A stretch of DNA of 32,000 nt from Prochlorococcus sp. MIT 0801 (GCF_000757865.1 NZ_CP007754.1:210001-242000), one strand, 5' to 3'. Shown: positions 19,424 to 29,006, numbered from the stretch's first letter. Translations and numbers: made by a program. The notes: generated from the sequence alone by a model not told the origin.

Positions 19424-20824
19424 ATGAATTTAGAACCCGTCTTTAGTGAGCTTTTAGTTAGTTCTCTTCAGAAATGGAGTGTAAGAAAAGTTGATGAATG
19501 TATCTTGAGCATTTCTGTTCCTGTAAGTCAAACAGATCCTTTAACGACATTACCTTTAATTGCTGAAAAACATCAGTTTAGATTTCTTTGGGATCTCTCT
19601 CCCGGATTGTGCCTTTCTGCCGGAGGTCATTGTCAATCTTTGGATTTATCTGGACCAAAGAGGTTTGAAAATGCACAAAGATTTAGTGATGAGATTTTTA
19701 CTCGATTAATAGAAATTTCTCCAAGTCCAGCATTTTCAGCCTCAAGGATTTTATTTTCATTTTCTTTCTTTGATCAAATTAAAAGTAATGAAAAATCAAT
19801 AGATGATAAATTTTCCCTACAGGCTGTTTTGCCTAAGTGGCAATTAACCGCAAAAGATGGATTAACATGGTTACGTTTAAATTCAGTTGCCCAAAATCCT
19901 TCAGATGTTCGTGAAGCTATAGAAAAATTATGGTCAATTCGAGAAAAGATAAATAAATCACCAGTCCGAATTGTCAATGATGAAAAAGAAAATTTCTTAG
20001 TCGATAATTTCTCAGATGATTGGAAATCGCAATATCGAGATGCGTTGGCTAAAGGGATCGAATTAATAAATGCAGGTGATTTGGATAAACTTGTATTGGC
20101 TACGAGACAACATCTCTCCCTAAGAAAACCATTAGATCCACTGCATTTACTTGCTCGTTTAAGAGTTCAGCAAACTAATAGTTGTCGATTCCTATGGCAA
20201 AAAAATCATGATGAGTCATTTTTTGGTGCATCGCCTGAAAGATTGATAAGTCTCAATCAAAATCAGTTATTAATCGATGCTTTAGCTGGTACTGCAAAAA
20301 AAGGTGATGATGGGAGAGAATTGCTTGCTTCCTCTAAAGATTTAAGAGAACACCATTTTGTAGTTAATTCTATTGTCGAACAACTTTTAAAAAGAGGTAT
20401 TAAAGCAAGTTATCCATCTCAACCAAAATTAATGACTCAAGACCATTTAATTCATTTGCATACTCTTATTCAAGCCTCTGTTAAAGAGAAATCTCCTCTT
20501 GATTTAGTTGAAGCACTTCATCCAACCCCTGCTGTTGCAGGATTACCTCTGAATAAATCTTTGAGTTGGTTGAGAGCTTTAGAACCATTTGACCGTAAAA
20601 CATATGCTTCTCCAATTGGGTGGATAGATAAAAATCAAAATTCAGAATTTAGGGTTGCCATACGTTATGGACAGCTTAGAGCTAATGAACTTAAATTATT
20701 TGCTGGCGCTGGTTTAGTAAAAGGTTCAACTGTTAAGGGGGAAATGCAAGAAGTAGCTTTGAAATTTGAAGTTTTAAGAAATCAATTAAATTTAGATAGA
20801 GTTAATTGTTCAAATGATCTATAA
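19424..20824 (+). CDS. menF: Isochorismate synthase
   Basis: Chorismate-binding motifs [25 protein letters not shown] and [12 protein letters not shown] at 19424 is preferred to the track's TTG at 19418. Confidence 0.85.
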   Translation: MNLEPVFSELLVSSLQKWSVRKVDECILSISVPVSQTDPLTTLPLIAEKHQFRFLWDLSPGLCLSAGGHCQSLDLSGPKRFENAQRFSDEIFTRLIEISPSPAFSASRILFSFSFFDQIKSNEKSIDDKFSLQAVLPKWQLTAKDGLTWLRLNSVAQNPSDVREAIEKLWSIREKINKSPVRIVNDEKENFLVDNFSDDWKSQYRDALAKGIELINAGDLDKLVLATRQHLSLRKPLDPLHLLARLRVQQTNSCRFLWQKNHDESFFGASPERLISLNQNQLLIDALAGTAKKGDDGRELLASSKDLREHHFVVNSIVEQLLKRGIKASYPSQPKLMTQDHLIHLHTLIQASVKEKSPLDLVEALHPTPAVAGLPLNKSLSWLRALEPFDRKTYASPIGWIDKNQNSEFRVAIRYGQLRANELKLFAGAGLVKGSTVKGEMQEVALKFEVLRNQLNLDRVNCSNDL

Positions 20825-21731
20825 GGTAATCAATTACTTGATCTGCTAATGGCACATTCATTAGGTTCTCTACTTCTCTAATACCAGTTGGACTCGTCAC
20901 ATTAATCTCACTTAGCATTCCTCCGATCACATCTATTCCAACAAAAAAGAGACCTTCCTCTTGTAAAGCGGGCTTTATTTGATTACATATCTCTATTTCT
21001 TTGGGAGTTAATTTAGTTGTCTCAGCTTTTCCACCTAAAGCCAAGTTGCTTCTGAAGTCTCCTTCCTTTGGACGTCTATTAATTGCACCTAATGGCTCTC
21101 CATTAACTAAAAGGATTCTTTTATCGCCATTGATTACTTCTGGTAGGAATTGTTGCATCATCACTGGCAAATGTTCTTGTGAAGTAACCAGTTCGAGTAA
21201 TGCCTCTAAGCCTGGAGCATCCTTTGCAATTCGTATGACTCCTTGCCCACCTTTCCCTCCAAGTGGTTTTAAGACAACTTCTCCATACTCTTTTGCAAAT
21301 GTAATTAATTGTTCCACCCTACTTGCGACAAGAGTGGGAGCCATTAAATCGCTAAATCTTAAAGCTCCTAACTTTTCATTCCAAGCTCTAAGTGATGCAG
21401 GCTTGTTAATTACATTGACACCATCTCTTTCTGCAACTTCTAATAAATGAGTGGCGTATAAAAAAGCCTCGTCAACAGGTGGATCTTTGCGCATCCAAAT
21501 GCATGAGAAATCTCTTAAAGGAAGGCTTCGAGGTGACTGGACATTGATCCATGGTTCACAATTGACCTTGTTAGAAACGACCCATGCATCGTCTCCTCGG
21601 GCTTGCAGGTCCGAGGGAGTACAGATCCAAACATCTATGTCGGCTCTTGATGCGGCTTGCATAAGTGCTGCTGATGAATCCTTCTTAGGATTGATATTTT
21701 CAATTGGATCTAAAACAAATAGTTGTTTCAT
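20802..21731 (-). CDS. gshB: Glutathione synthetase (ATP-grasp)
   Basis: N-terminal [23 protein letters not shown], then [11 protein letters not shown] and [24 protein letters not shown]. Confidence 0.9.
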   Translation of the reverse strand: MKQLFVLDPIENINPKKDSSAALMQAASRADIDVWICTPSDLQARGDDAWVVSNKVNCEPWINVQSPRSLPLRDFSCIWMRKDPPVDEAFLYATHLLEVAERDGVNVINKPASLRAWNEKLGALRFSDLMAPTLVASRVEQLITFAKEYGEVVLKPLGGKGGQGVIRIAKDAPGLEALLELVTSQEHLPVMMQQFLPEVINGDKRILLVNGEPLGAINRRPKEGDFRSNLALGGKAETTKLTPKEIEICNQIKPALQEEGLFFVGIDVIGGMLSEINVTSPTGIREVENLMNVPLADQVIDYLIDHLNN

Positions 21732-21734
21732 GAA

Positions 21735-22025
21735 TCAATTTCTAATTCCAATCAGTTCATTTAATTCGTTATTTCTCTCAAGTTCGTAGAGCTCGTCGCA
21801 ACCTCCAATACTTTTTCCATTGATAAAAATTTGTGGAACAGTTCTGCGGCCTCCGGCTCTTTCAGACATTTTTGTTCTTGCACCATCGTCTCCATCAATA
21901 GAATATTCTGTGAATTGGACTCCTTTTTCATTAAGTAGTGCTTTGGCACGTAAGCAAAACGGGCAAAATCTCCAGGTGTATATTTCCACTGTAGTAATGC
22001 CTGAATCGGGAATTGATCTGTTCAT
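21735..22025 (-). CDS. grxC: Glutaredoxin (Grx3-type)
   Basis: CPFC active site (IYTWRFCPFCLRAKALL), TVPQIFI and GGCDEL motifs. Its stop lies 3 nt before the gshB start. Confidence 0.88.
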   Translation of the reverse strand: MNRSIPDSGITTVEIYTWRFCPFCLRAKALLNEKGVQFTEYSIDGDDGARTKMSERAGGRRTVPQIFINGKSIGGCDELYELERNNELNELIGIRN

Positions 22026-22083
22026 TTATAGTTTTTGGGTGGATATGCTGATAGCTTTTAATGTATTGATTCTATTACTTCGC

Positions 22084-23194
22084 TTGCAAGACCTGACTGA
22101 TTTTAAAAGAGACCTTTCTTTATTGACTTCTCGCCTGGGTACAGCCCAGGATTGTCTTTGACGAACCTGCATTACTTGCTAGACAAAAGGATTTAGAGCA
22201 AGTTGCATCGCAACCTGAGTTTTGGAATGATCCTCAAAATGCGCAAAAACAGATGCGTCAACTTGATGAGGTTAAAGCACAGTTAGAAAAATTAATTACA
22301 TGGAGGGGGGCTATTGAGGACGCAAATCTCTCGTTAGAGCTTTATGAGTTAGATCTGGATGAAGAAATCCTTTCTGAGGCTCACAATGGGCTCGAGAAAT
22401 TAAAACAAGAACTTGATCGTTGGGAGACGGAGCGCCTCTTAAGTGGCATCTATGATAAGGAGGGTGCAGTTCTATCCATTAATGCTGGTGCTGGCGGAAC
22501 TGATGCCCAAGATTGGGCTCAAATGCTACTAAGGATGTATACCCGTTGGGCTGAAAATAATGGTATGAAAGTGATCATTAATGAACTTTCTGAGGGAGAG
22601 GAAGCTGGAATAAAAAGTGTCACTATCGAAATTGAAGGTGTTTACGCATATGGTTTTTTACAAAATGAAAAAGGAACTCATCGTTTAGTCAGGATTTCCC
22701 CTTTCAATGCAAATGGAAAGCGACAAACTAGTTTCGCTGGAGTTGAAGTTATGCCTAAACTTGATGAAGAGGTTGAACTTGAGATCCCTGAAAAGGATTT
22801 AGAAATTACAACAAGTCGCTCAGGTGGTGCAGGTGGACAAAATGTAAATAAAGTTGAGACTGCGGTTCGAATTCTTCATGTGCCTACGGGTATTGCCGTT
22901 AGATGCACACAAGAAAGATCTCAGCTTCAAAATAAAGACAAGGCAATGGCACTATTAAAATCCAAATTGATGGTCATAGCATTAGAGCAAAGGGCTGCAG
23001 AGATTGCTGATATTCGGGGGGATATTGTTGAAGCTGCGTGGGGCAATCAAATTAGAAATTATGTTTTTCACCCGTACCAAATGGTAAAAGATTTACGCAC
23101 TGAACAAGAGACAACTGATGTAGATTCAGTAATGAATGGAGAAATCGATATTTTTATTCAGTCTCTTTTAAGGCAAAATATTGAAGAATCATAA
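22084..23194 (+). CDS. prfB: Peptide chain release factor 2, expressed via a programmed +1 frameshift (frame 0 up to CTT 22156-22158, then frame +1 from GAC 22160)
   Basis: RF2-specific SPF ([15 protein letters not shown]) and GGQ ([17 protein letters not shown]) motifs in 22253-23194. The N-terminal 25 codons ([24 protein letters not shown]) sit in another frame that ends at an in-frame TGA. The start is uncertain: TTG 22084 is preferred on length, and ATG 22045 would add an implausible hydrophobic MLIAFNVLILLLR. Confidence 0.9.
22148..22162 (+). other. RF2 autoregulatory +1 frameshift site: AGGA-TTGT-CTT-TGA-C
   Basis: CTT TGA C at 22156-22162 is the slippery Leu codon plus a poor-context UGA C stop. 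A Shine-Dalgarno-like AGGA lies 4 nt upstream (22148-22151). The +1 frame from 22160 reads [38 protein letters not shown] and is continuous with the RF2 body. Confidence 0.85.
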
Positions 23195-23205
23195 ATCAAC
23201 TAAAT

Positions 23206-23397
23206 ATGAATAATAAAATTATTTCTGATGACGTCACCAAGAAAGCAACCCCACCTCCAAGTTTTGTCAAACTTGCGATGAAAAATATGGTTCGGAAAGG
23301 TAGTCAAAGCCTTTCTCATTTTGGGTTAACAGCTTTGGGTTTCCTTGGATTTATTCTTTTAGTTGCTGTGCTTGGTAAACCTCATATCCCTCAATAA
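23206..23397 (+). CDS. Small (63 aa) membrane protein of unknown function. Possibly the cyanobacterial DUF3285-type family; unverified.
   Basis: ATG-initiated ORF 11 nt after the prfB stop and 4 nt before the ybeY ATG. It has a basic N-terminal half and one C-terminal hydrophobic helix (LTALGFLGFILLVAVLG). No competing ORF on either strand. Confidence 0.6.
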   Translation: MNNKIISDDVTKKATPPPSFVKLAMKNMVRKGSQSLSHFGLTALGFLGFILLVAVLGKPHIPQ

Positions 23398-23401
23398 CTT
23401 T

Positions 23402-23956
23402 ATGGGAAATTCCTCGACAAGTTCTGATAAATTAGATGTAGATCTTTGTTTTACACCCTTCCCAGTTCAAGATCTGGATGTCTTTGTGAACAGTGACACT
23501 TTAGAGTTGATGAAAAATCCAAGTAAATGGATTGAGGAGATAGGGAGCTGGATTAGATTTATACAAGTAAATTCAGCATTGAAGTGTCCGGAAATAGTCC
23601 TAAATTCGTCTCAATTTAGCTTGGGGTTGGAATTAACTAATGATAAGAAAATTCTTGATTTGAATCATGCTTGGCTTGGTCAATCAAAAACTACAGATGT
23701 GCTTTCATTTCCCATAATTGATGAGACATTCTTTGGTGTAAGTAATGAATGTATCGAATTGGGTGACATAGTTATCTCGGTCCCGACAGCAATCAGGCAA
23801 GCCAAAGATAATAATGCTGATTTATTTAGAGAACTAAGATGGCTTGCCACTCATGGTCTTTTACACCTTTTGGGTTGGGACCATAGCGACGAAGAGAGCC
23901 TTAATAAAATGCTTTTGATTCAAGAGCAACTTCTTGATATTAGAGGTATTCTTTAA
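23402..23956 (+). CDS. ybeY: rRNA maturation endoribonuclease YbeY
   Basis: Zinc-binding motif HGLLHLLGWDH and DVLSFP block. ATG 23402 (MGNSSTSS...) is preferred to the track's TTG 23363, which would overlap the preceding small ORF. Confidence 0.88.
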   Translation: MGNSSTSSDKLDVDLCFTPFPVQDLDVFVNSDTLELMKNPSKWIEEIGSWIRFIQVNSALKCPEIVLNSSQFSLGLELTNDKKILDLNHAWLGQSKTTDVLSFPIIDETFFGVSNECIELGDIVISVPTAIRQAKDNNADLFRELRWLATHGLLHLLGWDHSDEESLNKMLLIQEQLLDIRGIL

Positions 23957-23981
23957 AATAAAGAGTTGAAGAGTCAAAAAT

Positions 23982-24440
23982 ATGGTTCCTGAGATATCGA
24001 ATGACTCTAAGAGAGAAGTTAGGGACATGTCTAAAACTCTTCAAAGAGCCAATAAAAGGTCATCTTGGAAGATAGCTAAAGATCTACCAACAAGCTTTTT
24101 ATATGCAGCTAAAGGCTTAAAATATGCTTTCTCGACCCAGAGAAATTTTCGGATTCATGTTGGTTTTGCATTGGGTGCATTTGGCTTAAGCTTTTTTTTA
24201 GGCCTTAATAAGAGTGATTTGGCAATAATGGCCCTTACAGCCACTAGTGTATTAGTAGTTGAATTGCTTAATACAGCGATTGAATCTGCTGTTGATTTGG
24301 CCATTGGGAAACGATTTCATCCTCTCGCGCAAATCGCTAAAGATTGTTCAGCTGGGGCAGTTTTAGTAGCCTCAATCAGTTCGGTGCTGATTGCTGTTTT
24401 ATTATTATTTCCTCCATTACTTAAACAGTTAGGAGTTTAA
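23982..24440 (+). CDS. dgkA: Diacylglycerol kinase (DgkA family, integral membrane)
   Basis: Three hydrophobic helices and the DgkA motif VELLNTAIESAVDL. An alternative start at the internal Met (MSKTLQ) is possible. Confidence 0.85.
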   Translation: MVPEISNDSKREVRDMSKTLQRANKRSSWKIAKDLPTSFLYAAKGLKYAFSTQRNFRIHVGFALGAFGLSFFLGLNKSDLAIMALTATSVLVVELLNTAIESAVDLAIGKRFHPLAQIAKDCSAGAVLVASISSVLIAVLLLFPPLLKQLGV

Positions 24441-24453
24441 TGGCTTAAAAATT

Positions 24454-25050
24454 ATGTTTTTGGTGATTGACAATTATGACAGTTTCACTTATAACCTCGT
24501 TCAATATTTGGGCGAATTATCTTCTCAGCATCCTATTGCATCAGAAGTAAGAGTCGAACGTAATGATGCTCTCACGATTAGTGAGATTAAAGATTTAAAC
24601 CCTGATGCGATTTTGTTATCTCCTGGTCCAGGAGATCCCAATCAATCTGGAGTTTGTCTGGATATTTTATCTGAGTTATCAATTGAAATACCCACCCTTG
24701 GTGTCTGTCTTGGTCATCAAGCTATTACACAAGCGTTCGGAGGGAAAATAATCAGAGCCAAAGAATTAATGCATGGCAAGACATCTAATGTTTTGCATAG
24801 AGGTACTGGAATATTTAAAGACTTGCCTAATCCCTTAGTAGCAACTAGATACCATAGCTTAATTGCCGAGAGAGAGAGTTTTCCAGAATGCTTAGAGGTT
24901 ATAGCTTGGTTAGAGGATGAAACAATCATGGGAATATCTCATAAAGATTATCCGCACATATACGGCGTACAGTTTCATCCTGAGAGTGTATTAACTGAAG
25001 CTGGTCATAAGCTACTTTCTAATTTCCTAGATATAGCAAAAGCTACCTAG
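24454..25050 (+). CDS. trpG: Glutamine amidotransferase component II of anthranilate / aminodeoxychorismate synthase (TrpG/PabA)
   Basis: Class I GATase triad context: IDNYDSFTYNLVQYL, GVCLGHQ and VQFHPES. Confidence 0.88.
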   Translation: MFLVIDNYDSFTYNLVQYLGELSSQHPIASEVRVERNDALTISEIKDLNPDAILLSPGPGDPNQSGVCLDILSELSIEIPTLGVCLGHQAITQAFGGKIIRAKELMHGKTSNVLHRGTGIFKDLPNPLVATRYHSLIAERESFPECLEVIAWLEDETIMGISHKDYPHIYGVQFHPESVLTEAGHKLLSNFLDIAKAT

Positions 25051-25089
25051 ATTGTCTTATGCTTTGTAGACGTTATCAAATTATTTGAG

Positions 25090-26205
25090 CTATACTTCGT
25101 CGACAATTCTGAAAGCTGACCAGAATCTTTTCATTTGGTCAATGGTTCCTATGCTTACTCTGATAGAGCCTTTTAAATTTTTTTTCTTATCCATATTTCT
25201 AATTAGAATTCCAGATGATTTTAGCTTTTGCTCAACTTGTTGTGGTTTTGATTTTGGCCAAAGTAGAAAATAGTTTCCTCCGTCAATATGATGCTTGACG
25301 TGGTGCTTCTCGAATTGATCCTTGATCCAATTACGAGCCTCAAGCACCTTCTGTACATATGAGTCAATATAAGATTGATCTTTAAGTGCTGCAAAAGCAG
25401 CGATCACGGCAAAGCTGTTGACGTCATAAGGACCAGTAACTCTATTAACTATATTAATTACTTTAGAATGACCAATAGCAAATCCAATTCTTAAACTTGC
25501 TAAACCAGCAGTTTTAGAAAGCGATCTTAATACAACAAGATTAGGTGTTGTTTGGAAATTTACAAATGGCAGAACACTATCACCTGTAAACGCCTCGTAA
25601 AGTTCATCCACAACAACGAGTGTTTTAGATGAAAGTTTGCTGATTTCTATAATTCTTTCTGGGCTTAATCTTGTTCCAGTGGGGTTATTGGGGTTGCAGA
25701 TGAGTAAAATTTTCGGATTATTTTGCGTGAGGAATTCGCAAATACTCTCAAATGGATATTGAAATCCCCCTCCCTCATAAGGTATTGCTTTGATTTGCAT
25801 TCCTCGCATTTGTGCGCAAGGAGTATAATATCCAAAAGTAGGCGATGTTGTTAGCATTAGATCATCAAAGTTGCCATATGCGTGAAAAATAGCATTTATT
25901 GCTGCATCTACTCCATTAAAAATACCAACTTCAGATGAGTTGATATTCACATTTGAATTTTTTTTGATGAGACTCTCTACTACTTTTTCTTTTAAACCTG
26001 AGTATTCAGGATAAACAGAGATTTCATCTCTGCTTATTTCTCTGAGAGATTTAAGTACTAGTGGGCTTGGTCCAATAGTGTTTTCATTAAAGTCTAGTCT
26101 TAGTAAATTTCGTCTTCCTTCCAGTGGTGCTGAATATGGCTGTAAATCCTCGATATCTTTCCTGGGGTTTGGTAGATCAACAAATGAATTTTCTATGTTT
26201 TCCAT
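25090..26205 (-). CDS. Class I/II aminotransferase of the histidinol-phosphate aminotransferase (HisC) family
   Basis: LDFNENTIGPSP N-terminal block, NPNNPTG, and PLP-lysine context LRSLSKTAGLASLRIGFAIG. Which paralog it is (true HisC or a related aromatic aminotransferase) cannot be settled by eye. Confidence 0.8.
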   Translation of the reverse strand: MENIENSFVDLPNPRKDIEDLQPYSAPLEGRRNLLRLDFNENTIGPSPLVLKSLREISRDEISVYPEYSGLKEKVVESLIKKNSNVNINSSEVGIFNGVDAAINAIFHAYGNFDDLMLTTSPTFGYYTPCAQMRGMQIKAIPYEGGGFQYPFESICEFLTQNNPKILLICNPNNPTGTRLSPERIIEISKLSSKTLVVVDELYEAFTGDSVLPFVNFQTTPNLVVLRSLSKTAGLASLRIGFAIGHSKVINIVNRVTGPYDVNSFAVIAAFAALKDQSYIDSYVQKVLEARNWIKDQFEKHHVKHHIDGGNYFLLWPKSKPQQVEQKLKSSGILIRNMDKKKNLKGSIRVSIGTIDQMKRFWSAFRIVDEV

Positions 26206-28028
26206 TACATTCTCTCCAGAGTGGGGATGCCTAGCAAACTCATCCCCAGTTTAAGTGTATCTGCAGTGATAGAGCATAAAACAAGTCTACTGGCTCTTGA
26301 AGGTTCACTTGCTTTTAAAATAGGAACTTGATCATAGAATCTGTTAAAGGTCTGACTTAATTCAAATAAATACCCGCATAGACGATTAGGAAGCAGTTCT
26401 TTTTCTACTTCAGCGATAATAGAATCAAGTTGCAATAGCTTGCGAATTAAGTCCCATTCTTGTGATTCATTAAACTGAATATTCTGACTTGATACATTTA
26501 AATCACCACCTTTGCGAGATATTCCGGCAATTCGTACCAATGCATAAAGTAAATATGGTGCTGTATTACCCTGCAAAGAAAGCATCTTGTCAAAACTAAA
26601 TTGGTAATTAGAAATTCTATTTTGGCTTAGATCCGCATACTTGATTGATGCAATCCCGACAGTAGTAGAAACTTTATCTATAAAATTTTCATTTTCGGAT
26701 CTGCTTTCAGTATTGAGACGATTTTTAAGATCGTCTCTTGCTCGTTGAATTGCTTCATCAAGAAGATCTACTAGTCTAATTGTCTCACCAGAACGAGTTT
26801 TTAACTTCTTACCATCTTCTCCTTGAACGAGACCAAAGGGAACATGCTCGATTTGACAATCTGTAGGAATCCAATTTGCAAGCTTTGCAATTTGAAAAAC
26901 TCCAGAGAAATGTGATGCTTGCCCGGCATCTGTGACATAAATTAAACGGCATGCTCCATCTCCATGCGGAGGGATAGTTAATCTGTATTTAATCGCTGCC
27001 AAATCAGTGGTTGCATAATTAAAACCTCCGTCACTTTTTTGAATAATTATTGGTTGAGGTTTACCATCTTTTCCGACTAAGCCATCAAGGAAAATACATT
27101 GAGCTCCTTGATCATTTATTAGTAATTTTTTATTTTTTAAATCATTAATAACATCTACTAAAAATTTGTTATAAAAGGATTCCCCTCTTTCAGTCAGCTT
27201 GATATCAAGTCGATCATAGATCTTTTGAAACTCTTTTCTGGATTGATTGCAGAGTAATTGCCAAGCAATCAGACTTTCTTTGTCACCTGCTTGTAAATTA
27301 ACAACTTCACTTCTAGATTTATTTTGAAAGATTAGATCTTCATCAAATCTTTTCTTTGCTTGACGATAGAAATTCACGAGATCGCTTATTTCTACTACAT
27401 CTTTTGTATGGAGTACCTCTGGTACAACCTCTTTTAGATGAGTAATAAGCATGCCAAATTGTGTACCCCAATCCCCTACATGATTGAGTCGTAAGACTTC
27501 ATAACCGCAGAATTCAAGAACCCGTGCGAGGGAGTCTCCAATAATTGTTGATCGTAAGTGCCCAACATGCATTTCTTTAGCAATATTTGGACTGGAAAAA
27601 TCAATAATCACGCGGTTATTACTTTTCCCCTCTTCTATTTTGTCAGTACTGAATTTTTTTAGAGGCACTCCCAATCTTTGATCATTTAAACGAAAATGGA
27701 TTTCAGATATAAGTGTTTTTGAATTTATGGATAGGTTTATGAAACCTGGACCTGCAATTACTGGTGGATCACATATTCTAATGAAATCATTATCTTTTTG
27801 TAGTTGATTCGCTATTTGTTGTGCAATATCACGGGGAGGTCGTTTGATTTCTTTTGCTAGTGATAAAGCACAATTTATTTGAAAATCTCCAAATTCAGGC
27901 TTGGATGCGGGGACTAAATTAGAACCTGTAAGTACTGAAGAAGTTTTTGAACTTCGATCCTCTTGTGGGAATACTTTGATGAAAGCTCTATTAAGTGCTT
28001 CTTCTAATCTGGCGGATATTTCAAGCAT
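26205..28028 (-). CDS. argS: Arginyl-tRNA synthetase
   Basis: HIGH-type motif [20 protein letters not shown], the class I ArgRS architecture, and the characteristic C-terminus ...LGIPTLERM. Confidence 0.95.
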   Translation of the reverse strand: MLEISARLEEALNRAFIKVFPQEDRSSKTSSVLTGSNLVPASKPEFGDFQINCALSLAKEIKRPPRDIAQQIANQLQKDNDFIRICDPPVIAGPGFINLSINSKTLISEIHFRLNDQRLGVPLKKFSTDKIEEGKSNNRVIIDFSSPNIAKEMHVGHLRSTIIGDSLARVLEFCGYEVLRLNHVGDWGTQFGMLITHLKEVVPEVLHTKDVVEISDLVNFYRQAKKRFDEDLIFQNKSRSEVVNLQAGDKESLIAWQLLCNQSRKEFQKIYDRLDIKLTERGESFYNKFLVDVINDLKNKKLLINDQGAQCIFLDGLVGKDGKPQPIIIQKSDGGFNYATTDLAAIKYRLTIPPHGDGACRLIYVTDAGQASHFSGVFQIAKLANWIPTDCQIEHVPFGLVQGEDGKKLKTRSGETIRLVDLLDEAIQRARDDLKNRLNTESRSENENFIDKVSTTVGIASIKYADLSQNRISNYQFSFDKMLSLQGNTAPYLLYALVRIAGISRKGGDLNVSSQNIQFNESQEWDLIRKLLQLDSIIAEVEKELLPNRLCGYLFELSQTFNRFYDQVPILKASEPSRASRLVLCSITADTLKLGMSLLGIPTLERM

Positions 28029-28095
28029 GATGTTTATGGTTAGGTAGTTACTTTTAGGATTTTTAGAGGTTGTTAGAAAACTGTTTATTCATTTT

Positions 28096-28959
28096 TTAGT
28101 CAAAGCGCATACTGAAATCTATCCATTTGCTTTTAGTGATTGGCGCACTAGTTGAGATTAGATCAATACCTGTAAAAATATAGTCTGATACATTATTTGG
28201 ATTGATTCCAGAAACTTCAATAACAATATTTTGGGAGACGTATTTGGACTTACTATTTTTTGAAAGTTGACGTAATTCTGGAACTAATTTCTCTATGGCT
28301 TGAACAGGCATTTCGTCAAGTAAAACTCCATCAGCCCCTGCTTCTACAGCTTCTTTCGCTTGGGAGGGTGTTTCTGCTTCGACTATTATTTTTTTTGTCC
28401 ATGGAATAGTATTTTTTAAGATTTTGATACTCTCGCTAATCCCCTGCGACCATTCAATATGATTTTCTTTCAACATGGCAGCATCATCTAATCCAAGTCT
28501 ATGATTAATGCCGCCACCACAATGAAAGGCATATTTTTCGAATACTCTCATCCCTGGAGTTGTTTTACGGGTGTCTGCTAACTTCACCTTGGATCCTGAT
28601 AGTTCAGTTACCAATAGAGCTGTCGATGTAGCAATACCAGAAAGATGCATGGCCACATTCAGACTTACTCGCTCTCCTGCTACTAAGGAAGAGGAAGATC
28701 CTTTTAATTCTAGTAGTCTTTGATTCTTTCCAAATTTCTGACCATCCTCTATGAGAAGTTGAATATCAACTTTAGGATCAATTTTTCTAAATATAAGTTT
28801 GACCAGATCTCCACCACAAAAAGTCCCATCCTCTTTCGCAACCCAATGCGCTGATGCACTTCTGTCGCTGAGGACAAATCTTGTGAGATCTCCGTCGCCG
28901 AGATCTTCCTCAATCCATGTGTCTAATATTTTATGTAGCTTGGGTGAGCGAAGATCCAC
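28096..28959 (-). CDS. nadC: Nicotinate-nucleotide pyrophosphorylase (quinolinate phosphoribosyltransferase)
   Basis: WIEEDLGDGDLT N-terminal motif, DTRKTTPG, KENHI and GADGVLLDEM blocks. Starts at GTG (28959-28957). Confidence 0.9.
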   Translation of the reverse strand: MDLRSPKLHKILDTWIEEDLGDGDLTRFVLSDRSASAHWVAKEDGTFCGGDLVKLIFRKIDPKVDIQLLIEDGQKFGKNQRLLELKGSSSSLVAGERVSLNVAMHLSGIATSTALLVTELSGSKVKLADTRKTTPGMRVFEKYAFHCGGGINHRLGLDDAAMLKENHIEWSQGISESIKILKNTIPWTKKIIVEAETPSQAKEAVEAGADGVLLDEMPVQAIEKLVPELRQLSKNSKSKYVSQNIVIEVSGINPNNVSDYIFTGIDLISTSAPITKSKWIDFSMRFD

Positions 28960-29000
28960 AATACAACAAATACATTTATTACTATACCAATCTTAAAACC

Positions 29001-29006
29001 ATTATA
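29001..29006 (-). promoter_or_regulatory. Candidate -10 box (TATAAT on the minus strand) for nadC
   Basis: The minus strand reads TTTTATAATGGT. The hexamer ends 41 nt upstream of the nadC GTG start. No convincing -35 element. Confidence 0.3.

Noticed and set aside
18957-19427. 156-aa plus-strand ORF antisense to menA that crosses into the menF start
   Set aside because: It fully overlaps the motif-supported UbiA-family menA gene. Its composition (R/S/L/P/C-rich, no motifs) is typical of a shadow ORF on the opposite strand of a membrane-protein gene.
21001-21789. Two consecutive plus-strand ORFs (149 aa and 112 aa) antisense to gshB and grxC
   Set aside because: They are S/P/L/A-rich shadow frames of strongly supported genes, with no independent start context or motifs.
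22045-22083. ATG at 22045 as the prfB start
   Set aside because: It would add a hydrophobic MLIAFNVLILLLR leader, which is not expected for a cytosolic release factor. RF2 proteins normally have about 25 residues before the frameshift site, which fits TTG 22084. This remains unproven.
21820-22161. 113-aa plus-strand ORF listed in the track
   Set aside because: Most of it (21820-22025) is antisense to the well-supported glutaredoxin gene, and its sequence there looks like shadow-frame translation. Only its last ~25 codons are real coding sequence: the frame-0 N-terminus of prfB ahead of the frameshift site.
22860-22875. GGTTCGAATTC, a T-loop-like string that could hint at a tRNA
   Set aside because: It lies in frame inside the conserved GGQ region of prfB (ETAVRILH) and has no acceptor or anticodon arm complementarity around it. 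A similar GGTTCGATC at ~15704 lies inside ndhH. I found no tRNA in any intergenic region.
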